Positions 1 through 13,146 of a stretch of 64,000 nucleotides of DNA are shown here, piece after piece (within the stretch, counting starts at the first letter, position 1; the number at the start of each line of letters is the position of its first letter). The translations under genes and the position numbers were made by a program. The notes beneath the pieces were generated by a model. It was not told where the DNA came from, ran no database searches, and saw only the letters and a program-made list of their open reading frames with translations. Source of the DNA: Octopus vulgaris (taxonomy: Eukaryota); assembly GCA_951406725.2 (NCBI GenBank), contig OX597830.1, positions 40,734,001-40,798,000 on the forward strand. The letters run 5' to 3'.

Positions 1-59
1 TTTATTTCTTTTATTAAAAAAAAATTTTTAACAATAATAATACAGTGAAAGAGAGGCAA

Positions 60-904
60 GGTGGTGATGGAAGTTATGATGATGGTGGTGATGGTGGTGA
101 TGATGATGATGATAGCAAGGATGACGACGATGATGATGATGATGATGAGCATAAGGAAATAAAGAAAAGAAAATATATGATGCTGTTCAGAAATTAATGA
201 AATAAGAAGAGGATGATGCTGATCATAATACTGCTGGTGGTGGTGGTGGTGGTGGTGGTGGTGGTGCTGGCAATTAGGTGAAGATGGGGTGAAAAGGCAG
301 GTGAAGAAAGATTCTTTTTCCTTATATCAATTTATTTATCCCATACTTAGCGGGGCAAATGAATAGAAAAGGTGGAGAAAAAAAAACCTATCTGGGCATA
401 AGATAAACTGAAAAGTGGTAAACCATTCAAATATGCTGACAACAACAACGGTGGTGGTGGTGGTGATGGCAGTGATGATCATGATCATGACAGTAGCAAT
501 GGTGAGCAAAGTGATGATGATGATGATGATGATTATGGTGATCCTTATGACAATGATGATGATGACAATGGTGGTGGTGGTGGTGGTGATAACTATGATG
601 ATGATGATGACTATGATGATGATCATGATGATGGTGATCGTGGTGATCATTATTATGATGACAACAACAAGGGGAGGTGGTGGTAATGGTGGTGGTAATG
701 GTGGTGGTGGTGGTGGTGGTGGTAATGGTGGGGGTGGGGGTGGGGGTGGTAATTTATTTCCTGTTTTTTTTTCTTTTTTTATATGATATTCCATGATTAG
801 TATAACAAGTGCTATTCAATAAGGAACACCACCAGCAGCTACGAGTAATTGCTTAACAGCAAAGAAGCTATCAGGAAGACGCACACACTGATGCAGATGA
901 TGCA

Positions 905-940
<36 letters not shown>
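60..940. repeat. Compound (GAT)n/(GGT)n trinucleotide low-complexity tract
   Basis: Direct reading; source of the poly-M/poly-I/poly-P ORFs. Confidence 0.9.
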
Positions 941-941
<1 letters not shown>

Positions 942-1527
942 GTAATGATGAGGGCAACAGATAAAAGAAGAGCAGAAGGAGCAAGAGATGATGGTGACAC
1001 AAAGACACGAAGAAAATTCAGTGTCAACAAGAACAACCACAACAACAAAAACAAACTGATTCCTCACACATATATTTTACAATTTCCCGTTTTGCTTATA
1101 ATTTGTATACAAATGGTATGAAAACCATTTTCATAATAATGCGTTTATATTTTTCTTATATCGTATTATCATTATCATTGCTGTTGTTGTTGCTATTGCT
1201 GTTGTTAATTTTTTATATCTTCAATGTTCTGGATAGGAAATAGCCTTTGTAACATATCATGTCACATACATACTCAGACACACACACACACACACATGCA
1301 TACACACACATGCATACACACACAATCTTGCAACCACACACAAATTCATAAATATATATTATTTTTTAATTATATATATATATATATACACACACACACA
1401 TATGCACAACTATCATCATTATCATCATCATCGTTTAATTATCATCTGCCTTCCATGCTGGCATGACACATGCACACACACATACATACACACACATCTA
1501 GATACATTCTATATATATCCTCTTTAT

Positions 1528-1546
1528 AATAATAATAATAACAATA

Positions 1547-1593
<47 letters not shown>

Positions 1594-1809
1594 AAAAGGC
1601 AGGGAGCTGACAGAATCGTTAGCATGCTGGATGAAATGCTTGCTGGTATTTTGTCTGCAACTATGTTCTGAGTTCAAATTCTGCTGGGGTTGACTTTGTC
1701 TTTCATTCTTTCAGGGTCATTAAAATGAGTACTAGTTGAGCACTGGGGCCGATGTAATCGACTGGCTCCCTTCCCCATAATTTCAGGCCTTATGCCTATA
1801 GCAGAAAGG

Positions 1810-1850
<41 letters not shown>

Positions 1851-1861
1851 CATTATTATTA

Positions 1862-1952
<91 letters not shown>

Positions 1953-1965
1953 TATTATTATTATC
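1528..1965. repeat. (AAT)n/(ATT)n microsatellites interleaved with SINEs
   Basis: Long near-perfect ATT runs at ~1548-1590 and ~1810-1963. Confidence 0.95.
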
Positions 1966-2455
1966 AAGGGCAGGTGAGCTGGCAGAAACATTAGCACATG
2001 GGGCAAAATGCTTAGTTTTAGGGAAAGGTGGCGAGCTGGTAGAAACGTTAGCATGCTGGGTGAAATGCTTAGCAGTATTTTGTCTGCCGCTATGTTCTGA
2101 GTTCAAATTCCACCGAGGTTAACTTTGTTTTTCATCCTTTTGTGGTAGATAAATTAGGTACCAGTTACGCACTGGGGTCGATGTAATCAACTTAATCCCT
2201 TTGTCCTTGTTTGTCCCCTCTATGTTTAGCCCCTTGTGGGCAATAAAGAAATAAGAAACATTAGCATGCCGGCGAAATGCTTAGCGGTATTTCGTCTGTC
2301 TTTACGTTCTGAGTTCAAATTCCGCCGAGGTCACCTTTGCATTTCATCCTTTTGGGGTCAATAAATTAAGTACCAGTCGTGTACTGGGGTCGATCTAATC
2401 GACTGGGCCCCTCCCAAAAAAAATTTCGGGTCTTGTGCCAAGAGTAGAAAAGAAT
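1596..2455 (+). mobile_element. Cluster of 3-4 tRNA-derived SINE copies (family starting ggcgagctggcagaa...gttctgagttcaaattc...ctttgcctttcatcc)
   Basis: A-box-like gagctggcagaa and B-box-like gagttcaaattc; same sequence recurs at ~20036, 21100, 38007, 43420, 44150(-), 50910-52060, 57430, 58620(-). Confidence 0.85.
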
Positions 2456-2794
2456 ATCTAAAATATAAAGAGAGGGAGAGAGGGGCAGACAGGGAAAGAT
2501 AATACTGCTGTTGTTATTATATCTGTACACACATACATGACTGTGTACAACACACACACACATATGTATATATAGAAACTTTCACCAATATACACACATG
2601 ATAGATTGTACTATTGATTGCAATGACGATCAATAGATAAAAATAGCCTGACACAACATTGTCATGGTTTGTTCATTTCGCTGTTTGGGAATCTGCACAA
2701 AGATGTCAATGCTTTATAAACTCTTTTATCTATGTCACCAAGGAGATTCAAATTGGTTTCTAGAAAGGCCCTATACATACATACTAACGACACA

Positions 2795-3020
2795 TAGTGT
2801 GTGGACATAGTACATACTTATGGACACAATAAATGCTTAGTATGTACTATGGACACAATAAATGCTTAGTATTTACTATGGACATTGTATATGTAATATA
2901 TACTATGCCGACAGTGTATGTAGTGTGTCCCATGGACATAATGTGCATATGTCTCATAGACAGAATAACTGTGGTGTATGCTGTGTGGTGTGGGGTGTGT
3001 GGTATGGACACACTATGTAT
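2795..3020. repeat. Degenerate minisatellite built on tactatggacaca
   Basis: Repeated tatggacacaataaatgcttagtat and ctatggaca units; related motif at ~5355-5400. Confidence 0.6.
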
Positions 3021-4801
3021 TGGTTCAATATGTATGGCTTCTATTATTAGCAGAATATGTGATTGTGGTGGTGGTGGTGGTGGTGGTGGCGGCGGCAGCG
3101 GCGATGGTTGTAGTGATGATAATGATGATGATGATAATAGCAAAGATCGCATAGAAAAGTGGCATGTGCCCTCAATTGACAACATAAACTGACCCTTGAA
3201 TCCGTAGGACTTTTCTTCCTGTTAGCAGTTAGTGATTTTAAATTAAGAGCCGGTCTACTCAATCTGACGCCACTCTTTAGATTAGAAGCCCTTCCCACAA
3301 TCACTCAGTCAGCTAAGATGACGGGGTTGACCAGCAAGCTGTAAGTTTTAACACTGGAGTGGCCTTCTCCGAGATGAATTGCCTTGCAGAGCTGAAGAGC
3401 TCCACCTACTCTGGAGTTGCCAGAAGGGTGTCAAAGAGAGCAGTCACTGGATTGCCCAAGGAACTCCAAAGAGAGTCTCAGCTAATGGCTAATTAGCATG
3501 TTATGGAGGAGGCTCCAAGCAGAAACCCACACTATCTTGTGAGTATGTTGAGAAAGGAAAAGGCTAGATGGGGTCGACCTGAACAGTTAACATTTCTGGA
3601 TACACTGGATGTGCAATATGTACTACAGACGAAATATGTGTGGTATGTGGGGGCATATATCCAGGCTTTGCTAGGTGAACACTGGACACCCACCAAAGCT
3701 AGTAAATTTTCTTTATAATTCTGTCCTTGCCATATCATGATATGAACTGGTCATAATTTGTTTTCAAATCTAATAACAGGCATTCAGAAACAAAGACACA
3801 CTCAAGTTGTTATTGCTTTATGCATTAACATCAGCCTAGAGCCAAATGGCCCTACTTGTGTCCAGGGGTCAGCCTGTAAATATTAGCAAGTTCTCTCTGT
3901 GTTGTGCTGTATGCATAAAGTAAGCTAGGATTTTGTTTCCTGTCCATTCTTTGGTGCCATCCATTGACAAATGTCTTTGATGGCTTCTTACTTTCTTCCT
4001 CTCCTTACTTTCTTCCTCTCCACATTTCTTGTCAGAATAGTCTTGATGTATAAAAACAATCTCATGTTTAGGTCTGTCTTCAAGTAATAGCTATACCAGA
4101 AAAGCAAACTATCAAAGAATCAGTCATTCTCTGACAGGTTTACGGTCAAGCCTGTAGAAGTGGAGACCTCCGACATTCTCAGTCCCCAGACCATATCCCT
4201 GTTCACCACTATTGGGGTGGAGATGGCTGTCTGCAAGTGCAAACACCATGAGTCAGAGTGGCTGTTCAAGTGCATCTCCCTCTGGGGCAACACCTTTTCC
4301 ATTTTGTCTGCTGGGACCAGGAGACAGTCTGAATTACAGGAAATTGAGAGAATCTATGAACTTTGTAGCTTACTACATGAACAATAACCGTTTTCTCTCC
4401 ACCTCTATTTCTCGTATTTCTCTCCTATTCATTTGCATACCTTTTCATTCAATGACCACTATATTACCTCTTGCTATACCAGATGTTCAGCACAGTAGCA
4501 CAACCTGTGACAACAGCCACTATACACCAGTAGCAGAATAAAAAGTTAAAAAAGCAAAGTAAAAATCCTTCCAGGGTCATTTAAACTAATAGGGCCAGTT
4601 CCCCAGTGTCTCTGGCATATATATATATATATATATAGCGGTTCAGCAAAAAGAGATCAATAGAATAAGTACTGGGCTTACAAAAAAAAAGAATAAGTCC
4701 CGGTGTCGAGTTGCTTGACTAAAGGCGGTGCTCCAGCATGGCCGCAATCAAATGACTGAAACAAGTAAAAGAGCAAAAGAGTAATATATATATATATATA
4801 T

Positions 4802-5133
4802 ATGGCTCAGTGGTTAGAGCATCGAGCTTACGATCGTGAGGTTGTGAGCTCGATTCCCAGACCGGGCTGCGTGTTGTGTTCTTAAGCAAGGCACTTTATT
4901 TCACGTTGCTCCAGTTCATTCAGCTGTAGAAATGAGTTGCGACGTCACAGGTGCCAAGCTGTATCGACCTTTGTCTTTCCCTTGGATAACACTGGTGGCG
5001 TGGAGAGGGGAGGCTGGTATGCATGGGCGACTGCTGGTCTTCCATAAACAACCTTGCCCGGACTTGTGTCTAGGAGGGTAACTTTCTAGGTGCAATCCCA
5101 TGGTCATTCATGACCGAAGGGGGTCTTTACCCT
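4802..5133 (+). mobile_element. tRNA-derived SINE (tggctcagtggttagagc...), inserted in (TA)n
   Basis: A box tggctcagtgg and B-box-like gagctcgattccc; near-identical copy at 6787-7124. Confidence 0.9.
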
Positions 5134-5134
5134 T

Positions 5135-5169
<35 letters not shown>

Positions 5170-6786
5170 TTATTCCCCACCTGGATAAGATGTTGGTCCA
5201 TCACAGGATTACTCATTCTTTCCAGGTGAATGGACTGGAGCAACATGAAATGAAGTGTTTTCCTCAAGAACACAATGCATCCAGGAATTGAAACCACAAT
5301 CTTATGATCATGAGTTCAACACCCTAACCACTAAGCCACGCACCTATACAGCAGAATAAACTATAGACAAAATATGTAGTCTGTACCATAGACATACTAT
5401 ATGTATGGCCCTGTACAAAGGGGCACTATCAATGCAATACGTGTATGTACTAATGTTTTGTGATGTAGAAAGTACGTGATGCCAGTCTGTCACAGGGTTG
5501 ACTTCCCAGTTATTGCTGGACCTCATTTACAGCTGAGTTAGCTGAAGCAAAGTGAAGTGAAGTGTCCTGCTCAAGAACAACTGTTGTATTGCATGTTCAA
5601 CGTATGATATAACAGAATAATAATAACGTCCTCACAAATCGTTCTACTCAAGATACTGGTAATAACCCATGACAATATGCAGCTCTCAGCTTTACTCTGC
5701 TCCAGAAGGCTCTCTGCGTATGTCCACTTATATTGTGGCACAGTCCATTAGGGATGTTCTGCTTCCTCACAACAACAACACACCACATTGTTTGGGAATT
5801 GAAACCATGAAGCTAAACTCATGAATACAACACACTGATCACTAGGCTACATGCCATTACAATTGGCACTCCATCAGTTACAATGGTGAGGCATTCCATA
5901 GGGTATGTACAAGTGGCTGAGCACTCCACAGACACATGTACCCTTAATGTAGCCCTCAGACCTTTTGAAATAGAGGTACTACTCATTTTTGCCAGTTTAG
6001 TGCACGGGAGTAATGTGAAATAAAATGTCTTGCTCAAGGACACAACATGTCACTAGGAATTGAACTCGTGACCTTACGTTCATGAGCCAAATTACCTAAC
6101 TACTAAGCCACATGCCTTTACATCTGATATATCTACAGCACGGAAAAAAGGAGAAAAGAAAAAGGAAAAGAGATAGAGGAGGTTGATAAGAGTACACAGT
6201 CTCCATCATCAACTCTCAGGTGATACTAAGTCATGTCAAAGTGACATGTGTATCCTAAGTCTGTATAAGTGGAGCTGTGGTAACTTGTTTATTAAAAAGA
6301 AAAATACCAAAGTAGTTAATAGTTACATCAACCAAACCACAACATAGTTGCTTTCTGTTGTATTACTATTGTATTTTGTACCAACAAGATATGTATGAAG
6401 TATCAAACGAGACTAGTTTTTATAACTAAGTTAATGTCGACATATTTAATGCGCAGAGTATTGAATATGCTAAAAAAACTCTCTTTTAAATTAGATATGC
6501 TAAGAAGCACGTGGAGCTTAAGTGCTTCAGTGGATTTGTGTAGGTCATTTTTTATCTCATTATTTTTTCTTTCAGGAAAATTGCTGTTTTGTGAATATTA
6601 ATTAAACACAGAAAACCAATTGCTTTCTCATTCAGTATGTTAATTGTTAAGATCTAGTCAAGGCTGAGAGTTTCAGCAACCCAAGGAGGGGGAAAGAAGA
6701 GCATCAAGATCTACAGAAGGTGGCTAAATACTGTTTCACATCCCTAATTACTGCACTTACATGCTTATATATATATATATAGTGAA

Positions 6787-7122
6787 GGCGCATGGCTCAG
6801 TGGTTAGAGCGTCGAGCTTACGATCGTGAGGTTGTGAGCTCGAATCCCGGACCAGGCTGCGTGTTGTGTTCTCGAGCAAGGCACTTTATTTCACGTTGCT
6901 CCAGTTCACTCAGCTGATGAAATGAGTTGCGACGTCACTGGTGCCAAGCTGTATCGACCTTTGTCTTTCCCTTGGATAACACTGGTGGCGTGGAGAGGGG
7001 AGGCTGGTATGCATGGGCGACTGCTGGCCTTCCATAAAACAACCTTGCCCAGACTTGTGTCTAGGAGGGTAACTTTCTAGGTGCAATCCCATGGTCATTC
7101 ATGACCGAAGGGGGTCTTTACC

Positions 7123-7124
<2 letters not shown>
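6787..7124 (+). mobile_element. tRNA-derived SINE, second copy of the 4802 family
   Basis: Highly similar to 4802-5133; flanked by (TA)n. Confidence 0.9.
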
Positions 7125-7181
<57 letters not shown>

Positions 7182-7183
<2 letters not shown>

Positions 7184-7460
7184 CCGTTGCCAGCCTTGCC
7201 TGGCCCCCGTGCCGGTGGCACGTAAAATGCACCATCCGTCCGTGGCCGTTTGCCAGCTCTGTCTGGCATCTGTGCGAGTGGCACGTAAAAAGCACCCACT
7301 ACACTCACGGAGTGGTTGGCGTTAGGAAGGGCATCCAGCCGTAGAAACACTGCCAGATCAGACTGGGCCTGATGCAGCCTTCTGGCTTCACAGACCCCAG
7401 TTGAACCGTCCAACCCATGGAAAGCGGGCGCTAAATGATGATGATGATGATGATGATGAT
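7182..7460 (+). mobile_element. RTE LINE 3' tail fragment ending in (GAT)n
   Basis: aaaagcacccactacactc...ggaagggcatccagc...catggaaagcgg...(gat)n, the same tail that follows the RTE ORF end at 12270-13095. Confidence 0.8.
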
Positions 7461-7474
7461 ATATATATATATAA

Positions 7475-8600
7475 TCATCACCATTTAATGTCCATTGTCC
7501 ATGCTGGCATGGGCTGGGCAGTTCGACCAGGGCTGGAAAGCTGAGGGGCTGCACCAGACTCCAGTCTGTTTTGATATGGTTTCTACAGCAGGATACCCTT
7601 CCTAATGCCAACTACTCCAAGAGTGTAATGGGTGCTTTTCACATGCAACCTTACCTCTGTGAGGCCCAATGTTCGAAAGGTGCTTTTTAGGTGTGAGTTA
7701 CTTACATGACACTAGCGTCAGTAACAACTACAATTTCACTTGGTTTGATAGATCTTCTCAAGCACAGCATATTGTCAAAGGTCTCGGCCACTAGTCATTG
7801 CCTACATGAGGCCCAAAATTCAAAGATCATGCTTCACCACCTCATCCCATGTCTTCCTAATTCTACCCCTACCACAGGTTCCCTCCAGTTAGAGATCAGC
7901 ACTTCTTTACACAGCTGTTCTCATCCATACACATCATATGACCATACCAGTACAGTCATCTCTCTTGCACACCACATCTGATGCATTTTATGCCCAACTG
8001 CTCTCTCAAGATGCTTACATTCTGCTGTTCATGCACTGAAGCATACTGGCTTCATTTCTTTCAAGCCTACATGTCCTCAGCTGTTACAGCCAATCGTATT
8101 TCATTGCCATGTAGCATAGCTGTTTGGACACAGACATCATACAATCTGCCTTTCACTCTGATGAAGAGGCCCTTTGTTGCCAGCAGAAGCTGTAGAAACC
8201 ATGCCCAGCCTATTCTTATTCTCACAGTTACACTCTCAGAGCATCTACCTCTGCTGCTAACTTGGTCACCTCTAGCTTACTCCACTGACAGTTGATGGAT
8301 TCTATTTTCTGTACATTTTCAGTGTTTATCGTACGTGTGCATCTTCTACACACAAAAGCTAATTTCCCTGTTAACCTTCCTCTGATATTGCTGCACCTCT
8401 TATGTGTCCATAGCTTACACTGGGTACATATTATGGTGTTTCTACCTATACCTTTTCTACAGATTGAGCAGGGTCATCTACCTGAAGGGATTTGTGATTT
8501 GTCTGCCTGCCTACTTACTAAAACTTTGGCTTTTGTTAGGTTAACACTAAGGCCCTTCGATTCTAGACTTTGCTTCCGTACCTGAAATTTCTTTAATTCT
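7475..8600 (-). mobile_element. Degraded RTE-clade LINE (RT C-terminus, Cys-rich insert, 3' UTR)
   Basis: Minus-strand peptide KQSLESKGLSVNLTKAKVLVS...GR*PCSICRKGIGRNTI.CTQCKLWTHKRCSNI, typical of RTE-type ORF; continues into the (GAT)n tail. Confidence 0.8.
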
Positions 8601-8602
8601 GG

Positions 8603-8658
<56 letters not shown>

Positions 8659-8689
8659 TATATATGTGTGTGTGTGTGTGCAAGTAATT

Positions 8690-8832
8690 TAGTTTTTGAA
8701 TCTGGTTTGCAAGATTCTTTATGTGAATTTGTGTATTGAAACAAATTTTGTGTCTAGGGAGAGTCATAGTGCTTTTATATCTAACACACTCTCTGGTTCA
8801 TTTCCACTCATTTATTTATTTATTCCAGAAAT
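8690..8832 (-). mobile_element. Fragment of the repeat family that forms the 32696-32951 palindrome (putative Penelope-like 3' end)
   Basis: tggtttgcaagattctttatgtga...gggagagtcat...atttccactca shared with 32650-32790. Confidence 0.6.
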
Positions 8833-8839
8833 GTATGTA

Positions 8840-8870
<31 letters not shown>

Positions 8871-9713
8871 TTGTGTGGGTCCTTACACACCTATGTTACA
8901 AACTCTATTTATAGAGCTGATTATTAGTTATATGTTTCTTCTGTTTGCAGGTGACCATTTGTAAAATTATCTTGGCTAAGCTGATCACTTCAAATCAGCT
9001 GAGAACAATGTCAAGTGATTTATTGCTTGGCAGTTCTTGCTGTTGTTGTGGTTGTTGTTGTTGTTGGTGGTGGTGGTGATGGTGGGGGTGATGATGGTGA
9101 TATTTGTGTTAATGTAAATGGTACCATTATTGATGTTGTCATTGTTGCTGTTGTTATTGTTGTTGATGTTGTTGTTGTCAGGGCAGTTTTATTTTTGAGC
9201 TCAGTAAGAAGATGAAACAAACACACAGAAAAAAAAGAAAAATGCAAATACGCAAAAAAAAAAAATAATAAATAAAAAGCAACAAAGACACAAAAAAAAA
9301 AACATGAAGAAAGCAAATATGAGGAAGTGAAAAGGGGAATGGGTGAGGTAGAGGAGTGCTGGGGGTTGTCTTCCCCACCACCACCACCACTGCACCACCA
9401 CCATGAAGCGCCACCAGTTTTTAACTATCTTAAAAGATGCGTATGCAAAGTTGAATTTAAAATATATTTACATTTGAAATCAATCAATGATGTTAAGTGT
9501 TTGTTTTTATTCACTATTTACTTTACAGTGGGAAGGGGCAAGGGGGAGAGGGGAGAGGGGAGAGAGAGAGTGTTTTTCCGATCGGGGAGGGGGCGGCAGC
9601 GGTAGGGGAAAGGACAGGAGATGCGGACAGTATACGCATTTATTCTGCAACACAATTGTTTTGTTGCTGACCATCATCACTGCTTCTACCACCACCAAAA
9701 ACAACAACAACAA

Positions 9714-9757
<44 letters not shown>

Positions 9758-11501
9758 GAGAAAAAAAACCATTGATTGAAATAAACAACGTGAACACAAA
9801 TTGGTTTGAAGATATTTAGGGATAGTTATGGAGCTATTTAAAGAGTTTAAAAAGCAAACATATACACACGGAGTTTTCTCCTAGTTTATTTTCTTGAGTG
9901 TCATTGTTAAGAGAAATACTTTTTTTGGGTGTTTTTTTTTCTTCCTGTTAAATATATATTATCTTTTTTTATTGTTGTTGCTGCTGTTGCTGGAGAGCAT
10001 ATACTCCAGTGAGCTTTATATACACATCAATTGATTAGTTGGTTGTTAATTAAGTGGAACACAGCAGAAAAATAAGATCATTTCTGTTTTCTTTCAAGCA
10101 ATTCCAATGTTCTATCCACCATTCTGTTATATTATCATTACTTTTACAACTACCATTACTACTACTACTGTTGTTGTTGTTGTTACTGTTATTATTATTT
10201 TGTTTGTTTCGTATTGTCTTTTATAACTAAATTTGATACAGGAAAATTATTCTGATTTCGCAAATGTATTTTCTATTTCCTAGTGGTTTTATCACTAAAG
10301 TAAAAACAAGATAATATAAAATAAGAAAAAGAAAAAAAAAGAAAGGTTATCTGAATAAGATCAAAGAAGTGGTGTGAATTCACATGAAGAAAGCAGGAAA
10401 CAACTAACAACAGGAAAATATGTCAGAACAGATGTGAATAGAAAACCAGAAAGGTTATCAAAAACTGTGGAAGGTACTGAATGAAGTTTAAGTAAATATA
10501 ATTGCAAGAAGAAAAAAAAAAAATCTTACAAAAAAAGAGTTCAGATGCAAAGACACTGATTTTTAAAAAATCGTTATATTGTATAGGATTAACTGCAAGA
10601 CCAACTATAGTGGTATTTATAGTGTTTATAGAGTTTAATCCATAAGACAAAATATAGCTAAGATTTTTCATGAGTCAATGAGGGAATTGAGCCAATGATG
10701 GAGCTTCTATGTGGTCATTAAATCTGCTAGGAGTAGCAGCCAAATCCCCCTTGAATTATACCATACTTGACAACCTGTGTTGATTTGTGTATGTCCCTAT
10801 TCAGCAAATATGCTAAATAAATATTATTCCTTGTCACCTATAGTGAAATCCATGCTTCAATGTGATTCAATTAGGCTAAAACTTGTTCAGGATTATCTCC
10901 CCTACATGTCAAAATGATTAAAATAATATTAATCATTCAACTAATATTGTCTTTTCTTCACCTTATAATTATTTCTAATCAGACATTTGACCCTTACTTT
11001 CACAATTGTTTTCTTGCAGAGGGCATCCCTGAGGAAATTAACCTCAGCCATTCATTCTTCAAAAGCACAGTAAACAAAGGCGCGTGACCTAATACTTAGG
11101 GTGTTGCACTCACAAACGCATGATCATGGTTTCAATTCCCAGAGTAGGTGGTCCATTGTGTTCTTGAGCAAGACACCTCATTTCACACTGTTCCAGTCCA
11201 ATTAACCAAGAATGAGTGACCCTGCAAGAGACTGGCATCCCATTCAGGGGTCATGTTATGCACTCAGGCACTTATACTCAATGGAAACCAAGCAACTGGT
11301 CCTATGCATCCTTGGACTTGAGACAGAAATGCCCAGTGGTTGATTATTATGATTGTAACATGATATGAGCTGTCGACTAACTCCTCAATTACTTATTCGT
11401 CATCTTACTGACAAGACCAGCTGGAGCTCTTAAGCCTTCATTTACAACAAATAAGGAATTTCATGAAACAAACAAAAGAGAAAGTATTTATTGATCTTTA
11501 C

Positions 11502-11630
11502 CTGTCCACCACCTTCAGGAAACAATATGGTCTCTGCTAAGATTACTTCATATCCTGATATTTTCTTTTTCTTACCATTTTCTACAATCTCTAGCTTCGC
11601 TGGAGAACAGCTCTTCACTTTGGTGTCCCA
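11502..11630 (-). CDS. AARSD1: Internal coding exon of alanyl-tRNA editing protein Aarsd1 (AlaX), N-terminal region
   Basis: 43 codons WDTKVKSCSPAKLEIVENGKKKKISGYEVILAETILFPEGGGQ match the AARSD1 N-terminus (V.SC.PA.L...GKK..LSGF.V.LEDT.LFPEGGGQ); acceptor tatttcacAG at 11632-11631, donor GTaaag at 11501-11500; phase 0/0, 129 nt. Confidence 0.9.
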
Positions 11631-12269
11631 CTGTGAAATAATATATACATATATATTAAACATTTAATATATATATATAAGCATTATATATAGATTATAT
11701 ACAGAGCAAATCAGTTATAAAAGACAAAATAAATTTAAAAAACAACAAAAGTCTAAAGGACGATCATTGTTAATATTATCAGATTGGTGCTCAATGAAGG
11801 AAAGACATTATAAAGTGAAAGTGGTAGAGTGAAAGTATAACATTCAGGCAAGGTCCAGGGAAGAGGAGAAAACAAAATGAGAGGAAAAGAGAAGAGAGAA
11901 CCAGGAAAAAATAGATGTGTGTAACACATATTCAATCTCTCTCACTATATATATCATCATCATCATCAACGTTTAATGTCAGTTTTCCATGCTGGCATGG
12001 GTTGGACGGTTCGACTGGGGTCTGGACAGCCAGGAGGCTGCACTCAGGCCCCAATCTGATCTGGCAGAGTTTCTGCTAGATGCTCTTCCTAACACCAACC
12101 ATTCTGTGAGTGTAGTGGGTGCTTTTTGTGTGCCACCAGCATGGGGGCCAGAGGAGCTGGCATCAACCACAATTGGATAGTCTTTCTACATGCCACCAGC
12201 ACAGAAGCCAGTCAAAGCAGCACTGGCATCGGCCATGTTCGGATGGTGCTTTTTACGTGCTGCTTCTAA

Positions 12270-13095
12270 GAAGCATCAGATATGGTGTGCAAGAGAGATG
12301 ACTGCGCTGGTATGGTCATGTAGCAAGAATGAATGAGGATAGCTGTGTGAAAAAGTACCACACCCTAGCGGTTGAGGGAACCTGTGGAAGAGGTAGACCC
12401 AGGAAGACCTGGGATGAAGTGGTGACACACAACCTTTGAACATTAGGCCTCACTGAGGCAATGACTAGTAACCGAGACCTTTGGAAATATGCTGTGCTTG
12501 AGAAGACCCGGCAAGCCAAGTGAAACCATAACCTCATGGCCTATACCAGGGGTGTAACCAGCCCACTTATGCATACCATTCCTTCATTGGACACTAAACT
12601 CTGATGGCGAAGACCTGTTGAGGCAAGTGAAATCGAAATCAAATTCGATGACTGGCATTCATGCCAGTGGAGCGCTAAGAGCACCATATGAGCATGATTG
12701 TTGCTAGAGCAGCTAACTGGCTTCTGTGCTGGTGGCACATAAAAAGCATCATTCAAGTGTGATCATTACCAGTGCCGCCTCACTGGCACTTGTGCCAGTG
12801 GTACATGAAAAAACATTCGAGTGAGATCATTGCCAGTGCCGCTGGACTGGCTCCTATGCAAGTGGTACATAAAAAACACCATTTGAGCGTAGCCGTTGCC
12901 AGTACCACTTGATTGGCCCTCATGCTGGTGGCACATAAAAGCACCCACTATACTCTTGGAGTGGTTGGTGTAGAAACTCTGCCAGATCAGATTGGAGCCT
13001 GGTGCAGCCATCTGGTTTGCTAGTCCTCAGTCAAATCGTCTAAGCCATGCTAGCATGGAAAGCGGACGTTGAATGATGATGACAATGATGATGAT
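12270..13095 (+). mobile_element. RTE-clade LINE 3' end with tandem ~60-bp units in the 3' UTR and (GAT)n tail
   Basis: Peptide IRYGVQER*LRWYGHVARMNEDSCVKKYHTLAVEGTCGRGRPRKTWDEVV followed by repeated gtgccagtggcacat-aaaagcaccatt units. Confidence 0.85.
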
Positions 13096-13106
13096 GATTA
13101 TGATGA

Positions 13107-13146
<40 letters not shown>

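Noticed and set aside
336-2106. Poly-M, poly-I, poly-N, poly-P and poly-H ORFs
   Set aside because: Translations of trinucleotide microsatellites, open in several frames and on both strands
3190-4400. Complex sequence with 60-110 aa ORFs
   Set aside because: No recognisable domain or splice-bounded exon; probably old retroelement remnants
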